Shown here piece by piece: positions 41,385 to 52,149 of a stretch of DNA of 64,000 nt. The translations under genes were made by a program, and so were the position numbers. This DNA is from the human T2T-CHM13v2.0 reference genome, Homo sapiens: NCBI RefSeq assembly GCF_009914755.1, contig NC_060926.1; one strand, 5' to 3'. The stretch's first letter is position 1. Every line of letters begins with the position of its first letter. The notes below the pieces were generated by a model. It had not been told where the DNA came from, did no database searches, and saw nothing but the letters and a program-made list of their open reading frames with translations.

Positions 41385-43683
41385 GGAGGGAGTAGAGGTA
41401 TCTTATACTTGTGGGTTAAGGTGGGGGGATACAAGAGGAGGAAGCAAAGAAGGCTTTGGATTGGGAAGAAGGGCAGCAATGAGATGTAGCTGTAGTCCAG
41501 GAATAGTCAGGGAAGCAGATAATTTATTTAAAGTGTCTCGGCCTAATAAGGGAACTGGGCAGGTGGGGATAACTAAAAAGGAGTGCTTAAAAGAGTGTTG
41601 TCTAAGTTGGCATCAGAGTTGGGGAGTTTTAAGAGGTTTAGAAGCCTGGCTGTCAATACCCACAACTGTTATGGAGGCAAGGGAAACAGCCCCTTGAAAA
41701 GAAGGTAATGTGGAGTGGGTAGCCTCCGTATTGATTAAGAAGGGGACGGACTTACCCTCCACTGTGAGAGTTACCTAAAGCTCAGCATCTGTGATGGTCT
41801 ACAGGGCTTCCGAGGCAATCGGGCAGCATCAGTCTTCAGCCACTAAGCTGAGAAGATCTGGGAAGGAGTCGGTCGGAGAGCCTTGGGCCAGAGTTCCAGG
41901 GGCTCTGGGAGTGGCTGCCAGGTAAGTTGAACAGTCCAATTTCCAGTGGGGTCCCACACAGATGGGACATGGCTTAGGAGGAATCCTGGGCTGCAGGCAT
42001 TCCTTGGCCTGGTGGCCAGATTTCTGGCACTTGTAGCAAGCTCCTGGGGGAGGCGGTTCTGGAGGAATGCCTGGCTACTGCGGTTTAGGCATTTGGAAGT
42101 TCTTGTGTGCTGGAGATGTGGCTGGGGTTTGTCTCACAGTGGAGGCAAGGAATTGCAACTCAGAAATATGTTGCTACTTGGCTGCCTCTACTTTATTATT
42201 GTACACCTTGAAGGTGAGGTTAATTAAGTCCTGTTGTGGGGTTTGAGGGCTGGAATTTAATTTTTGGAATTTTATTTAATGTCGGGAGCAAATTAGGTAA
42301 TAAAATGTATATTGAGAATAAGATGACCTTTTGACCTTTTAGGGTCTAGGGCTGTAAAGCGTCTCAGGGTTGCTGCCAAACGAGCCATGAACTGGGCTGG
42401 ATTTTTATATTTGATGAAAAAGAGCCTAGACACCATCTGATTTGGGATAGAGAAAAAGGAGCATTAACCTTGACTATGCCTTTAGCTCCAGCCACCTTTT
42501 TAAGAGTAAATTGCTGGGCAGGTGGGGGAGGGCTAGTCACGGAACTTAACTGTAAGGCGGACCTGGTGTGAGGAGGGGAGGTGATAAAAGGATTATAGGG
42601 TGGAGGAGCGGAGGCTGAGGAAGAATTGGGACCTAGCTTGGCCTGGTGAGGAGGGGAGAGGTCAGATGGGTCTGTAGAAAAGCAAGATTAGAGAGACTCA
42701 GCAATGCTTGGGGTTGGGACTGAGCGGACAGGTGGGAGGGAAAGAAGGAAGGTTTGGGACGAGTTGCATTGGGAACAGAGACTAGGGAGGCACCATGTGT
42801 AAAAGAATGCCTGGACATCAGGCACCTCAGACCGTTTGCCTATTTTGCAACAAGAATTATATAGATCTTGTAGGATGGAAAAATTGAAAGTGCCATTTTC
42901 CAGCTATTTGGAACTACTGTCGAGTTTGTATTGGGGTCAAGTGGCATTGCAGAAGAAAATAAGATGCTTAGATTTTAGGTCAGGTGAGAGTTGAAGAGGT
43001 TTTAAGTTCTTAAGAACACAGGCTAAGGGAGAAGAAGGAGGAATGGAAGGTGTAAGCTTGCCCATAGTGAAGGAGGCAAGCCCAGAGGAAAGAGAGTAGA
43101 GACACGGAGAAGGGGTGGGGGTTCTTGCCTTCCAGAAAAGCAGAGAAGGGGTCGGGGCACAGAAATAAGGGGTTGGGGTGCAGAGATAAGAGGTTGGGGT
43201 GCAGAAATAAGGGATCAGGGCGCAGAGATAAGAGGTCGGGGTTCCTGTCCCTCCCTCAGAAAAGCAGGACTTGCCGCTAAGGGTGAAGGAGAAGGGGTTG
43301 AGGGGTTCTTGCCCCTCCCCTAGAAAAGTGGAGAAGGGGTAGAGACACAGAGAGAAGGGGTTGGGGTTCTTGCCCCTCCCCCAGAAAAGCGGGACTTGCT
43401 GCTAAGGGTGAAGGACCAAGGCAGGCATCCCTGCGTGGTCTGACACCTCTGAAACCTGGGTGAATAATCAGAAAGGCGTCCCTGCAATGATTAAACACCA
43501 AGGGAAGGCTGCCTTCCCTAGTCCGTGACCGGCACCGGAGTTTTGGGTCTCCTTTGTCTGTACCAGAAAATGAAAGGAATTGAAATTAAGAGAAGGGAGA
43601 GATTGAAGTGTGGCGCCAAGATTGAAAGGAGAAAGAGGTTGAGGGATAGTGAGGGAGGTTGGGGAAGAGAGTAAAAAGAGGCC

Positions 43684-43692
43684 ACTTACCAG
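43684..43692 (-). promoter_or_regulatory. HERV-H major splice donor
   Basis: Minus strand reads tttcaaatCTG|GTAAGT in the leader, about 150 nt downstream of the 5' LTR. Confidence 0.75.
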
Positions 43693-43815
43693 ATTTGAAA
43701 TTGGTGAGATGTTTCTTGGGCTGGTTGGTCTGAGGACCTGTGGTCGTAGGTGGATCTTTCTCACGGAGCAAAGAGCAGGAGGACAGGGGATTGATCTCCC
43801 AAGGGAGGTCCCCCG

Positions 43816-43833
43816 ATCCGAGTCATGGCACCA
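43816..43833 (-). other. tRNA-His primer binding site
   Basis: Reverse complement TGGTGCCATGACTCGGAT, one mismatch to the His PBS TGGTGCCGTGACTCGGAT, 2 nt after the LTR. Confidence 0.92.
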
Positions 43834-43835
43834 AA

Positions 43836-44241
43836 TTTCACTCGCATCCGTGTGAAGAGACCACCAAACAGGCTTTGTGTGAGCAATAAAGCTGTTTATT
43901 TCACCTGGGTGTAGGCGGGCTGAGTCCAAAAAGAGAGTCAGCGAAAGGAGATAGGGGTGGGGCCGTTTTATAGGATTTGGGTAGGTAAAGGAAAAAGGGG
44001 GGTTGTTCTCTGGTGGGCAGGAGTGGAGGTCACAAGGTGCTCAGTAAGGGAGCTTTTGAGCCAGGACGAGCCAGGAGAAGGAATTTCACAAGATAATTAG
44101 TTATCAGTTAAGGCAGGAACAGGCCATTTTCACTTCTTTTGTGGTGGAATGTCATCAGTTAAGGCAGGAACCAGCCATCTGGATGTGTTCATGCAGGTCA
44201 CAGGGGATATGATGGCTTAGCTTAGGCTCAGAGGCCTGACA
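43836..44241 (-). promoter_or_regulatory. HERV-H 5' LTR7 promoter
   Basis: TATAAAA at 43966-72 (minus) followed by a GC/GT box ggccccacccc; U3 retains ccaccACAAAAGAAGtg. Confidence 0.93.
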
Positions 44242-45506
44242 ATTTGTTTAGGTTCTACCATAGAGAGTTTGTTTTAAGTTAGCAGGGCTATAAAATTAGC
44301 TTTATGTTGCCAGTGGAGAAAGGATTTGCAAGGGAAAATAGTCACAATAGCAATAACATGCAGTGCTTATTATTGTCATAAGTATATTGTCATAATTATT
44401 ATATTATACTAAATATGATAATTATATGCCAGGCACATAGTAACTACCCTATGAGATAAGTACTATAATTATCACTGATTTACAGGTGAGGACACCAAGG
44501 GTCAGTGTGGTTTAATAACTTGCCCAGTCACCCAACCAGGAGGTGGCACAGCCAGGATTCAAACTCAGAGAATCTCGGTCCAGTGTCTGTCCCTTTAGAA
44601 TCATTGTATTAAGATGTATCTCAGCTGTATTTTTAGCATGGAAATGTAAACTTTTAAAGTTTCTATCAGAGGGGTCCAAAGAGTTGTGGCCATTTTAAAG
44701 AAAAGCTAAAAATCTTGATATTCGCCTGGAATTTATGGATCTTTAAATGTTGGCAATTAATTTGAATTGTTTTTAAAAACTCACTTTGGGGGCTAAATTA
44801 TCTAAGGCTGCCAGTTTGAGATGAATGTCCTATATAATTTCCATTTCATTAAAATCTTGATATGCTAGTCTCAAATAATTATTTTTCCATTTCTTAAAAT
44901 CTTAATCTGGTGCTTCACCAGGCAACATTTTGTTAACTTATTCTGGTAAAACAATAAATGGTTTATACCTAAACATAATAACATTGCATTTCTTCAAGTT
45001 ATATTTTATATTTGACCATCTTAGTAGTCCAGGTTGGCCTCAGCTTTCCCCAGGGTCAGAATTCAGGGTGTCTGACTACTTTCAGAGGCCCTGAGGGCAT
45101 GAAGGTTGCTGGGAACCTTCATGAAAGGTCATGAACAGTACATGAACGGGTTGGCCAGTGAAAGCTCCCTTTGGGTCCCCAGCGTCTTCTTCTGACATCG
45201 TTTTTCCTGGGGCAGGACATTTCACACAGTCCCCCGCTGCTCCCTGGAATCTGGGACTCCTGCTTTCTTGAAGGAATGCCTTGTTGTGTAAGTGAACCCA
45301 CAGGGAGGCAGCGGCAGGAAGCATTCTTCACAGGAGGCTCCTTTGAGGACCCAAAGCTGGCCTCTAGGAGGGGTCAGGACTGAACTTGAGTTTGTCTGTG
45401 TTGAGACCTTAGGAGACTCCATGATTTCTGTGTCTTCTAGATCCTGAACTGTCAACCACCATGAGTCTGTTGATCCTTTATCTGACACTTCCCCAGTTCC
45501 CTGTTC

Positions 45507-46070
45507 TGTTACTGGAAAGCTGTTCTCTTACTAGAAAGGGATCCAGAACCAGACCCCAGGAGAGGGTTCTTGGATCTTGTGCAAGAAAGGATTCAGGTCA
45601 ATCTGTAAAGTGAAAGCAAGTTTATTAAGAAAGTAGAGGAATAAAGAATGGCTTCTCCATAGACAGAGCAGCCCTGAAGGCTGTTGGTTGCCCATTTTTA
45701 TGGTTATTTCTTGATTATATGCTAAACAAGGGATATGTTTTTTATGCCTCCCCTTTTTAGACCATACTGGGTGAGTTCCTGATGTTGCTATGGCATTTGT
45801 AAACTGTCATGAAGCTGGTGGGAGTGTAGCAGTGAGGACAACCAGAGGTCCTTCTTATTGCCACATTGGTTTTGGTGGGTTTTGGCTGGCTTCTTTACTG
45901 CAAGCTATTTTAACAGCAGGTCTTTATGACCTGTATCTTGTGCCGACCTCCTATCTCATCCTGTGACTTAGAATGCCTAACTGTCTGGGAATGCAGCCCA
46001 GTAGATTTCAGTCTTATTTTACCCAGCCCCTATTCAAGATGCAGTTGCTCTGGTTCAAGTGCCTTTGACA
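45507..46070 (-). mobile_element. MER41A-like ERV1 solo LTR
   Basis: Reverse complement tgtcaaaggcacttgaaccagagcaactgcatcttgaataggggctggg...; ~550 bp; TSD GTTC (45503-06, 46071-74). Confidence 0.87.
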
Positions 46071-46590
46071 GTTCTTTACCCAGGCCTCTTCCAGTTTCCT
46101 CTCTCACTCAATGGAATTGTTCTTTACCAATTCCACAAACAAGCCTGAAACCTAGAATCTGCCCCTGACATTTCTTGCGCTTGCCTCCTACAGTCAACTT
46201 TCTTCAAGTCCTAGGGATTTTACCCTCTAGCTCTGGAATCTTTATTTCTCTCATGCTCATTGCCACAGTCATATGCCAGGTGACCATTATATCTTGTCAA
46301 AGGGTTTTTCACACATTCTGGCCCTGCTCTCGTCTGTTCTCCCCAAAATGTAAAGGGATCATTAAACATGCAAATGTGGTTATATGACCAACTTCACCTC
46401 ACTATCCTACAGGGGTCACAGCCAGGCACTCCACAATCTCATTGCCCACCACTCACCCCATCATGGACTGCCCTGATTAGCTAAGCATGGCTATTCCTAC
46501 GTTTATGGTAACGGGAGTGTTTTCTGTCACCAGGTAGGAGGTGGGCTGATAGCACAAGCATTGGAGACCAGAATCAAGAGCTACCATACA

Positions 46591-47868
46591 GTTGGGAAAA
46601 CTGGCTAGCCATATGCAGAAAACTGAAACTGGACCTCTTCCTTACATCTTATACAAAAATTAACTCAAGATGGATTAAAGACTTAAACATAAGACCTAAA
46701 ACCATAAAAACCCTAGAAGAAAACCTAGGCAACACCATTAAGGAAGTAGGCATGGGCAAAGACTTCATGACTAAAACACCAAAAGCAATGGCAACAAAAA
46801 CCAAAATTGACAAATGAGATCTAATTAAACTAAAGAGCTTCTGCACAGCAAAAGAAACATCATCAGAGTGAGCAGGCAACCTACAGAATGGGAGAAAATG
46901 TTTGCAATCTATCCATGTGACAAAGGGCTAATATCCAGAATCTACAAAGAACTTAAACAAATTTGCAAGAAAAAAAAAAAACCCATAAAAAGCGGGCAAA
47001 GCATATGAACAGACACTTCTCAAAAGAAGACATTTATGTGACCAACAAACATATGAAAAAAAGCTCATCATCACTGGTCATTAGAGAAATGCAAATAAAA
47101 ACCACAATGAGATACCATCTCATGCCAGTTAGAATGGTGATCATTAAAAAGTCAGGAAACAACGGATGCTGGAGAGGATGTGGAGAAATAGGAATGCTTT
47201 TACACTGTTGGTGGGAGTGTAAATTAGCTCAACCATTGTGGAAGGCAGTGTGGTGATTCCTCAAGGATCTAGAACCAGAAATACTATTTGACCCAGCAAT
47301 CCCATTACTGGGTATATACCCAAAGGATTATAAAACATTCTACTATAAAGACACATGCACCCGTATGTTTATTGCAGCACTGTTCACAATAGCAAAGGCT
47401 TGGAACCAACCCAAATGCCCATCAATGGTAGACTGGATTAAGAAAATGTGGCACATATACACCATGGAATACTATGCAGCCATAAAAAAGGATGAGTTCA
47501 TGTCCTTTGCAGGGAGATGGATGAAGCTGGAAACTATCATTCTCAGCAAACTAACACAAGGACAGAAAACCAAACACTGCATGTTCTCACTCATAAGTGG
47601 GAGTTGAACAATGAGAACAGTTGGACACAGGGAGGGGAACATCAGACACCTGGGCCTGTCAGGGAGTGGGAGGGGGCTAGGGGAGGGATAGCATTAGGAG
47701 AAATACCTAATGTAGATGATGAGTTGATGGGTGCAGCAAACCACCATGGCACATGTATACCTATGTAACAAACCTGCACATCTGTACATGTATCCCAGAA
47801 CTTAAAGTATAATAAAAAATTAAAAAATAAAGATGTCATGGGTGGTGAACAAAAAAACAAACCAAAAA
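46591..47868 (+). mobile_element. L1PA7/8-like 5'-truncated element with short 3' tag
   Basis: ORF2 C-terminal fragments and 3'UTR; TSD aagagctaccataca (46576-90) / aagagctactataca (47869-83). Confidence 0.92.
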
Positions 47869-48555
47869 AAGAGCTACTATACAATCTCACAGGTAAGACT
47901 GGCCTTGTAGTAAGAAAGTTGGTCTCATGTTGACTTAGTGGAGAATGCTACCTAGAATTTTTCTCATCATAGTCTGATTTCTCATATAGTTCTGTCTGCT
48001 GCAAGATAATATATTATTTGAGCTGATTTGTCTAACAGTTGTATTTCAGTGTAAATTAATTAATTAATTGCCATTCTGGTTTACACATTACCCCTGTGAT
48101 CTTGGTAAGAAGTGTCTGTCCTTATGGACAGTTTCCCTTCTCAAGATGCTAACAATTCAGAGTTCTTAGCCTGCAAATCCTATCTGAATATCCATGAATT
48201 CACCTGTGGGGGCACCTTACCAGAAGGCCAAAGAGCAGTACCTCAGTGACATCCTCACCTCACCTTATAACTTCTATTTGACCTTTGATATGTAGTAGAT
48301 GTGAGTAAGGATTAAACAGAAATTAGAAATGTGTCCCAAACAGTCAGAGTCCATATATCATCCAGAGTGGGCCTCAGAATTCCAAAAATTTTCCTCTGAA
48401 TGTCTTCCTCTTGCTTTTTCCACTCTTTGTCCTTTTGTAGGTATAACTCCCCAGGGGGCTGTAAACTGTGTCTGTCTCATATATTGCTGTATCCTGAGTG
48501 CTGAGCCTGGTGATTACACATCAATAGTAGCTCAGTAGATATTGGTAGAATAAAT

Positions 48556-48602
48556 GAAGGAAGGAAGGAAGGAAGGAAGGAAGGAAGGAAGGAAGGAAGG
48601 AA
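48556..48602 (+). repeat. (GGAA)11 microsatellite at an L2 3' tail
   Basis: Uninterrupted GGAA from 48559 to 48602, preceded by L2-like tagctcagtagatattggtagaataaatgaa. Confidence 0.95.
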
Positions 48603-50134
48603 ACCCTGACATTTTCCATTCTGCCTTTTCTTCTACTCCCCCTCTACCTAGGCAGAAGTAATTTAAAAATCCCAGTTTTCCTAGATTATAGATGCAAATT
48701 TCTCCCACATATTTGTGATATGTCTTACTGTTGATGGGTGTTGAAATGCTAAACAATCCAGTTATTTCCATTGTGCTACTGGGACTTGTTTTGCAGGAGC
48801 ATAGCAATGGCTGCTTTGATTATTCCACACCCTTAAGAGAACCCTCTGTTTTCCTCCAAAAATTTAGTCAGGTGGTTGAATTACTTGGCTTCCTTGAAGA
48901 CTTCTCTGTTGTCAGGTTTTCCTTCTGAAAGGAAAAGCTTCATTAAAATTAGATGAAGAGCACACAGCTTCCAGTTGTTAAACTGTCAACCCTGGCAAAA
49001 ACAGTGGTGAAGGCAAACCAAAGCTTTCAAGAGAGCGTGTTCTTGAAGAGAGCATGTTCTTGCCGGCTGAACTAATGAAGTGCAGACCCCCTGCTGAAGT
49101 CTCAAGTAGATTGCCAGTTCACACAAATGAGCTGAAAAATACCATTCAGTTTTAATTGTGACATTTCTTTCGCGAGGCAGTTCCTTTCACTGGGTTTTTG
49201 CTTTTTTCTTGTTTTTGTTTTTGATTTTTTACAAAAATTCTTGACGAATAAAAAATGAAACCAGCAGGAATGTTCTTTAAAGAGCCCAAGAAATGGTTTT
49301 GAGAATGCACTGACACTTGAAACATGGGAGAAATCATTATTTTAAAATGCCCAATCCGCTTCCCTCAGTTTTGAACAAAATCAACGACAAAGCAAAACCA
49401 GTTTTCAAGTGTTATAGTAATTCGCAAAATAAATTGCAAAGAATGGCAGAGTACCATCAGGGTTCTTCAAGGGCTCTACAAACAATCAATTTGAATTTAA
49501 GTTTCTACATAGATTTTAAACTTTTTAAAGATGGTAATCTTTAAATAGTTAAATGTCACATATTTAAAATATAAACTCATCAGAGGACTTCAATCAATGT
49601 ATTTGCTTGGACTGATGGGTTCATATTTTTCCAAGTAGGAGTAAGTTATAATGCTTCTCCTGACCATTCAATATCCTGAGACTCCAAGGCAAGTGGTGAA
49701 ATGACCCTAACACTTATAAGTACTTGTCTGTCTTGAATGAGGATTTTCTTTATGCCATATTGCTAAAGGAAAACATATAAATTAATTGTAAGCTAAAACT
49801 GCAAGAAGTCTTTCACTGCCATTTATGAGCCTGGATTTATATTTTTGTATGAAAGAAAAAGGAATTGTGTTTTCATTAATTGGCTTTCTAAGCAAAATGC
49901 CATAAATTTGAACCAATAAAATGAATTTATTCTAATAAGATGTCTCCTTGTTTTAAATCTCTGATAAGATGTTGTTTTAAAAAAGAATTCTATAGTTAAA
50001 AGTTATTTTAAAGACCACTTAATTATATTATCTCTATGTTATGTCTAAAACCATGAAATGACTTAGTGATTTTGTAGTGAAGCTAGTATTTGGCAATTGT
50101 TATAGGCTACCCTTTGGCTAGAATATTTTTAGTC

Positions 50135-51476
50135 CATATTTCAGTTATATATTGCTATGTACCCCAAAACTCAGTGGCTTAAAACAAGTGCCATTTATGT
50201 ATGATTCTGTGGGTTGACTGGGTGTCCCTTCTGCTGGTCTTACCTGGGCTCACTCATGTAGCTGTATCTGGCTGGTAGAACTGCAACCTGGGCCCAGCTG
50301 CACTCTTCTTTCTGCAGTGGCTTTTCATCCCAGGATTTTTATGGCATTGCAGTTTCAAGGTGTTCAAGAGAACAAGCCCCAGTGTACAAGCCCTTCTGAA
50401 GCTTCTATTTGTGTTACATTTGCTGATGTTCCGTTGGCCAAAGCAATTCACATGGCCAAGTCCAATGTCGACTTGGAAGGGGAATACATAAAGGCACGAA
50501 TATGAAAAGGCATGTGATTCACTGGGTGCCATTACTGTAATAATTTACCATAGTTTCCAATCAATAGAATTATGAAAGACTCTCCTAAACTTTACAGCAC
50601 TGGAAAACAGGGCCCACAGACTATAATACAAGAGGGAGTGTATTATAATAATGGCCTTAATGAATAACATTCTCTATATTCACACTTATTTGCAATATAA
50701 TACTGCCATTCTTCCTGTTTTGGTTGGGCTGCTATAACAAAATATCATAATATCATTATAAACAATGGAAATGTTTTTCTCACAGTTCTGGAGACTGGAA
50801 AGTTCAAGACCAAGGTGCCAGCAGATTCAGTGTTTGACAAAATCCTACTTCCTGGTTCATAGATGGTACCTTTGGGCTATGTCCTCACATTTTGGAAGGC
50901 GTGAATTCACTCTCTGGAGTCTCTTTTATAAGGCACTAATCTCAAAGAGGGCATGATCTTCAAGAATTAATAACCCTCTCAAGTCTCTACAATCTAATGC
51001 AATTACCTTGGGAATTAATATTTCAACATATCTATTTGATGGGACACAAACACTGAGAACAGAGCACTTTCCATTGAGTGGTAGATACTATTTCTCCACC
51101 TTGAATCCTAGTTAACATTCTAACTTGCTTTAACCAGTAGAATGTGGCTGACATGATGTTTTGGAAGCTCTGGAGCCTAAGCCTCAAGATGCCTTGAAGC
51201 CTCTGCCTTCACTTTCTTGGAACTTAGATGCCATATAAAGGTGGGCTAATCTACTGAATGATGAGGAACCATGTGAAGAGAGAGGTCCCAGACTTCCAAC
51301 CATTCCCATCAGGGCCTTAGACACATGCACGATGTCAACACAGACTCTCCAGCTCCAGCTGACCCACCAGATGAATACAACCACAAGAGCAAGCCCGTGT
51401 GAGACCACCCAGCCATCCCAGAGATTTGTGAGAAATGATGTTGAGGTGTTTGTTACTTAGCGATAGATAACTGGTA
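50135..51476. mobile_element. Cluster of nested old MaLR LTRs (MLT1 minus ~50135-50550; MLT1 plus ~50640-51476 interrupted by MLT1A/MST-like minus ~50716-51065)
   Basis: ccccaaaactcagtggcttaaaacaa; ttctcacagttctggagactggaaagttcaagaccaaggtgccagcagattc; cttgctttaaccagtagaatgtggc...gcgatagataactggta. Confidence 0.65.
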
Positions 51477-51549
51477 TGGGGGTAAATATTAACTCTTATT
51501 CATTCCTTGTATGAACCATATGAAGCAAGCATTAATTTTCCTCTTTTAC

Positions 51550-51582
<33 letters not shown>

Positions 51583-52149
51583 GAAACTGAGACCCAGAAA
51601 GTTTGAATCTCTTGCTGAAGGTCAGACAGCTAAATAACTGAGAGGATACACATTTGCTGACTTGCAAACTCATAGTCTTTCTATAACACATTGAATTTGG
51701 AAGATTTAAAACCTGTCTTTTTCAATCTGAATAAAGATGAGCGATTTCAGTCTAAGTTTCACTTTTTATCCCTTTGAGCAACATTACCCTGAAAGCGGAT
51801 CCTTGGTGTTTTCTCCTTTGGTGGAATGCTTTCTCTTTCTTTGACTGATTGTTTGCCCTAAATTTTAGAAAATCCCACATGCTTCAGAAATGGAAGAGTG
51901 AGGTGAAATCATCCCTAGGAAATAAGACAGCAGTCAGAATTGTATGGTTAAGTTAATCTTAACAATGAAAGAATTACTAAAACTTTTCTTCAGAAAATCA
52001 GCAAGAAACATTTCAGTAACCATGATATTCTGTTCTAGAATATTTCTACCTCATTTTTCTTCTGTGTTTTGATTTTGATGGGATAGCCTAAGTTTCTAAG
52101 TTATTTTTTGAGATTTTGGATTTAATACAGAAGCAGAAATTTGTCACAG

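Larger units (their letters stand above)
37506..44241 (-). mobile_element. HERV-H provirus (deleted, non-coding type) with two LTR7s
   Basis: Paired LTRs, His PBS, PPT, gag/pro/pol remnants and only a short env remnant; about 5.8 kb without the LTR5 insert. Confidence 0.96.

Noticed and set aside
43100-43420. CRISPR-like spaced repeats
   Set aside because: Eukaryotic ERV leader tandem repeats with no unique spacers and no cas genes.
45020-45490. Moderately GC-rich unique segment with overlapping short ORFs
   Set aside because: Too few CpGs for an island and no recognisable protein; regulatory function cannot be supported from sequence alone.
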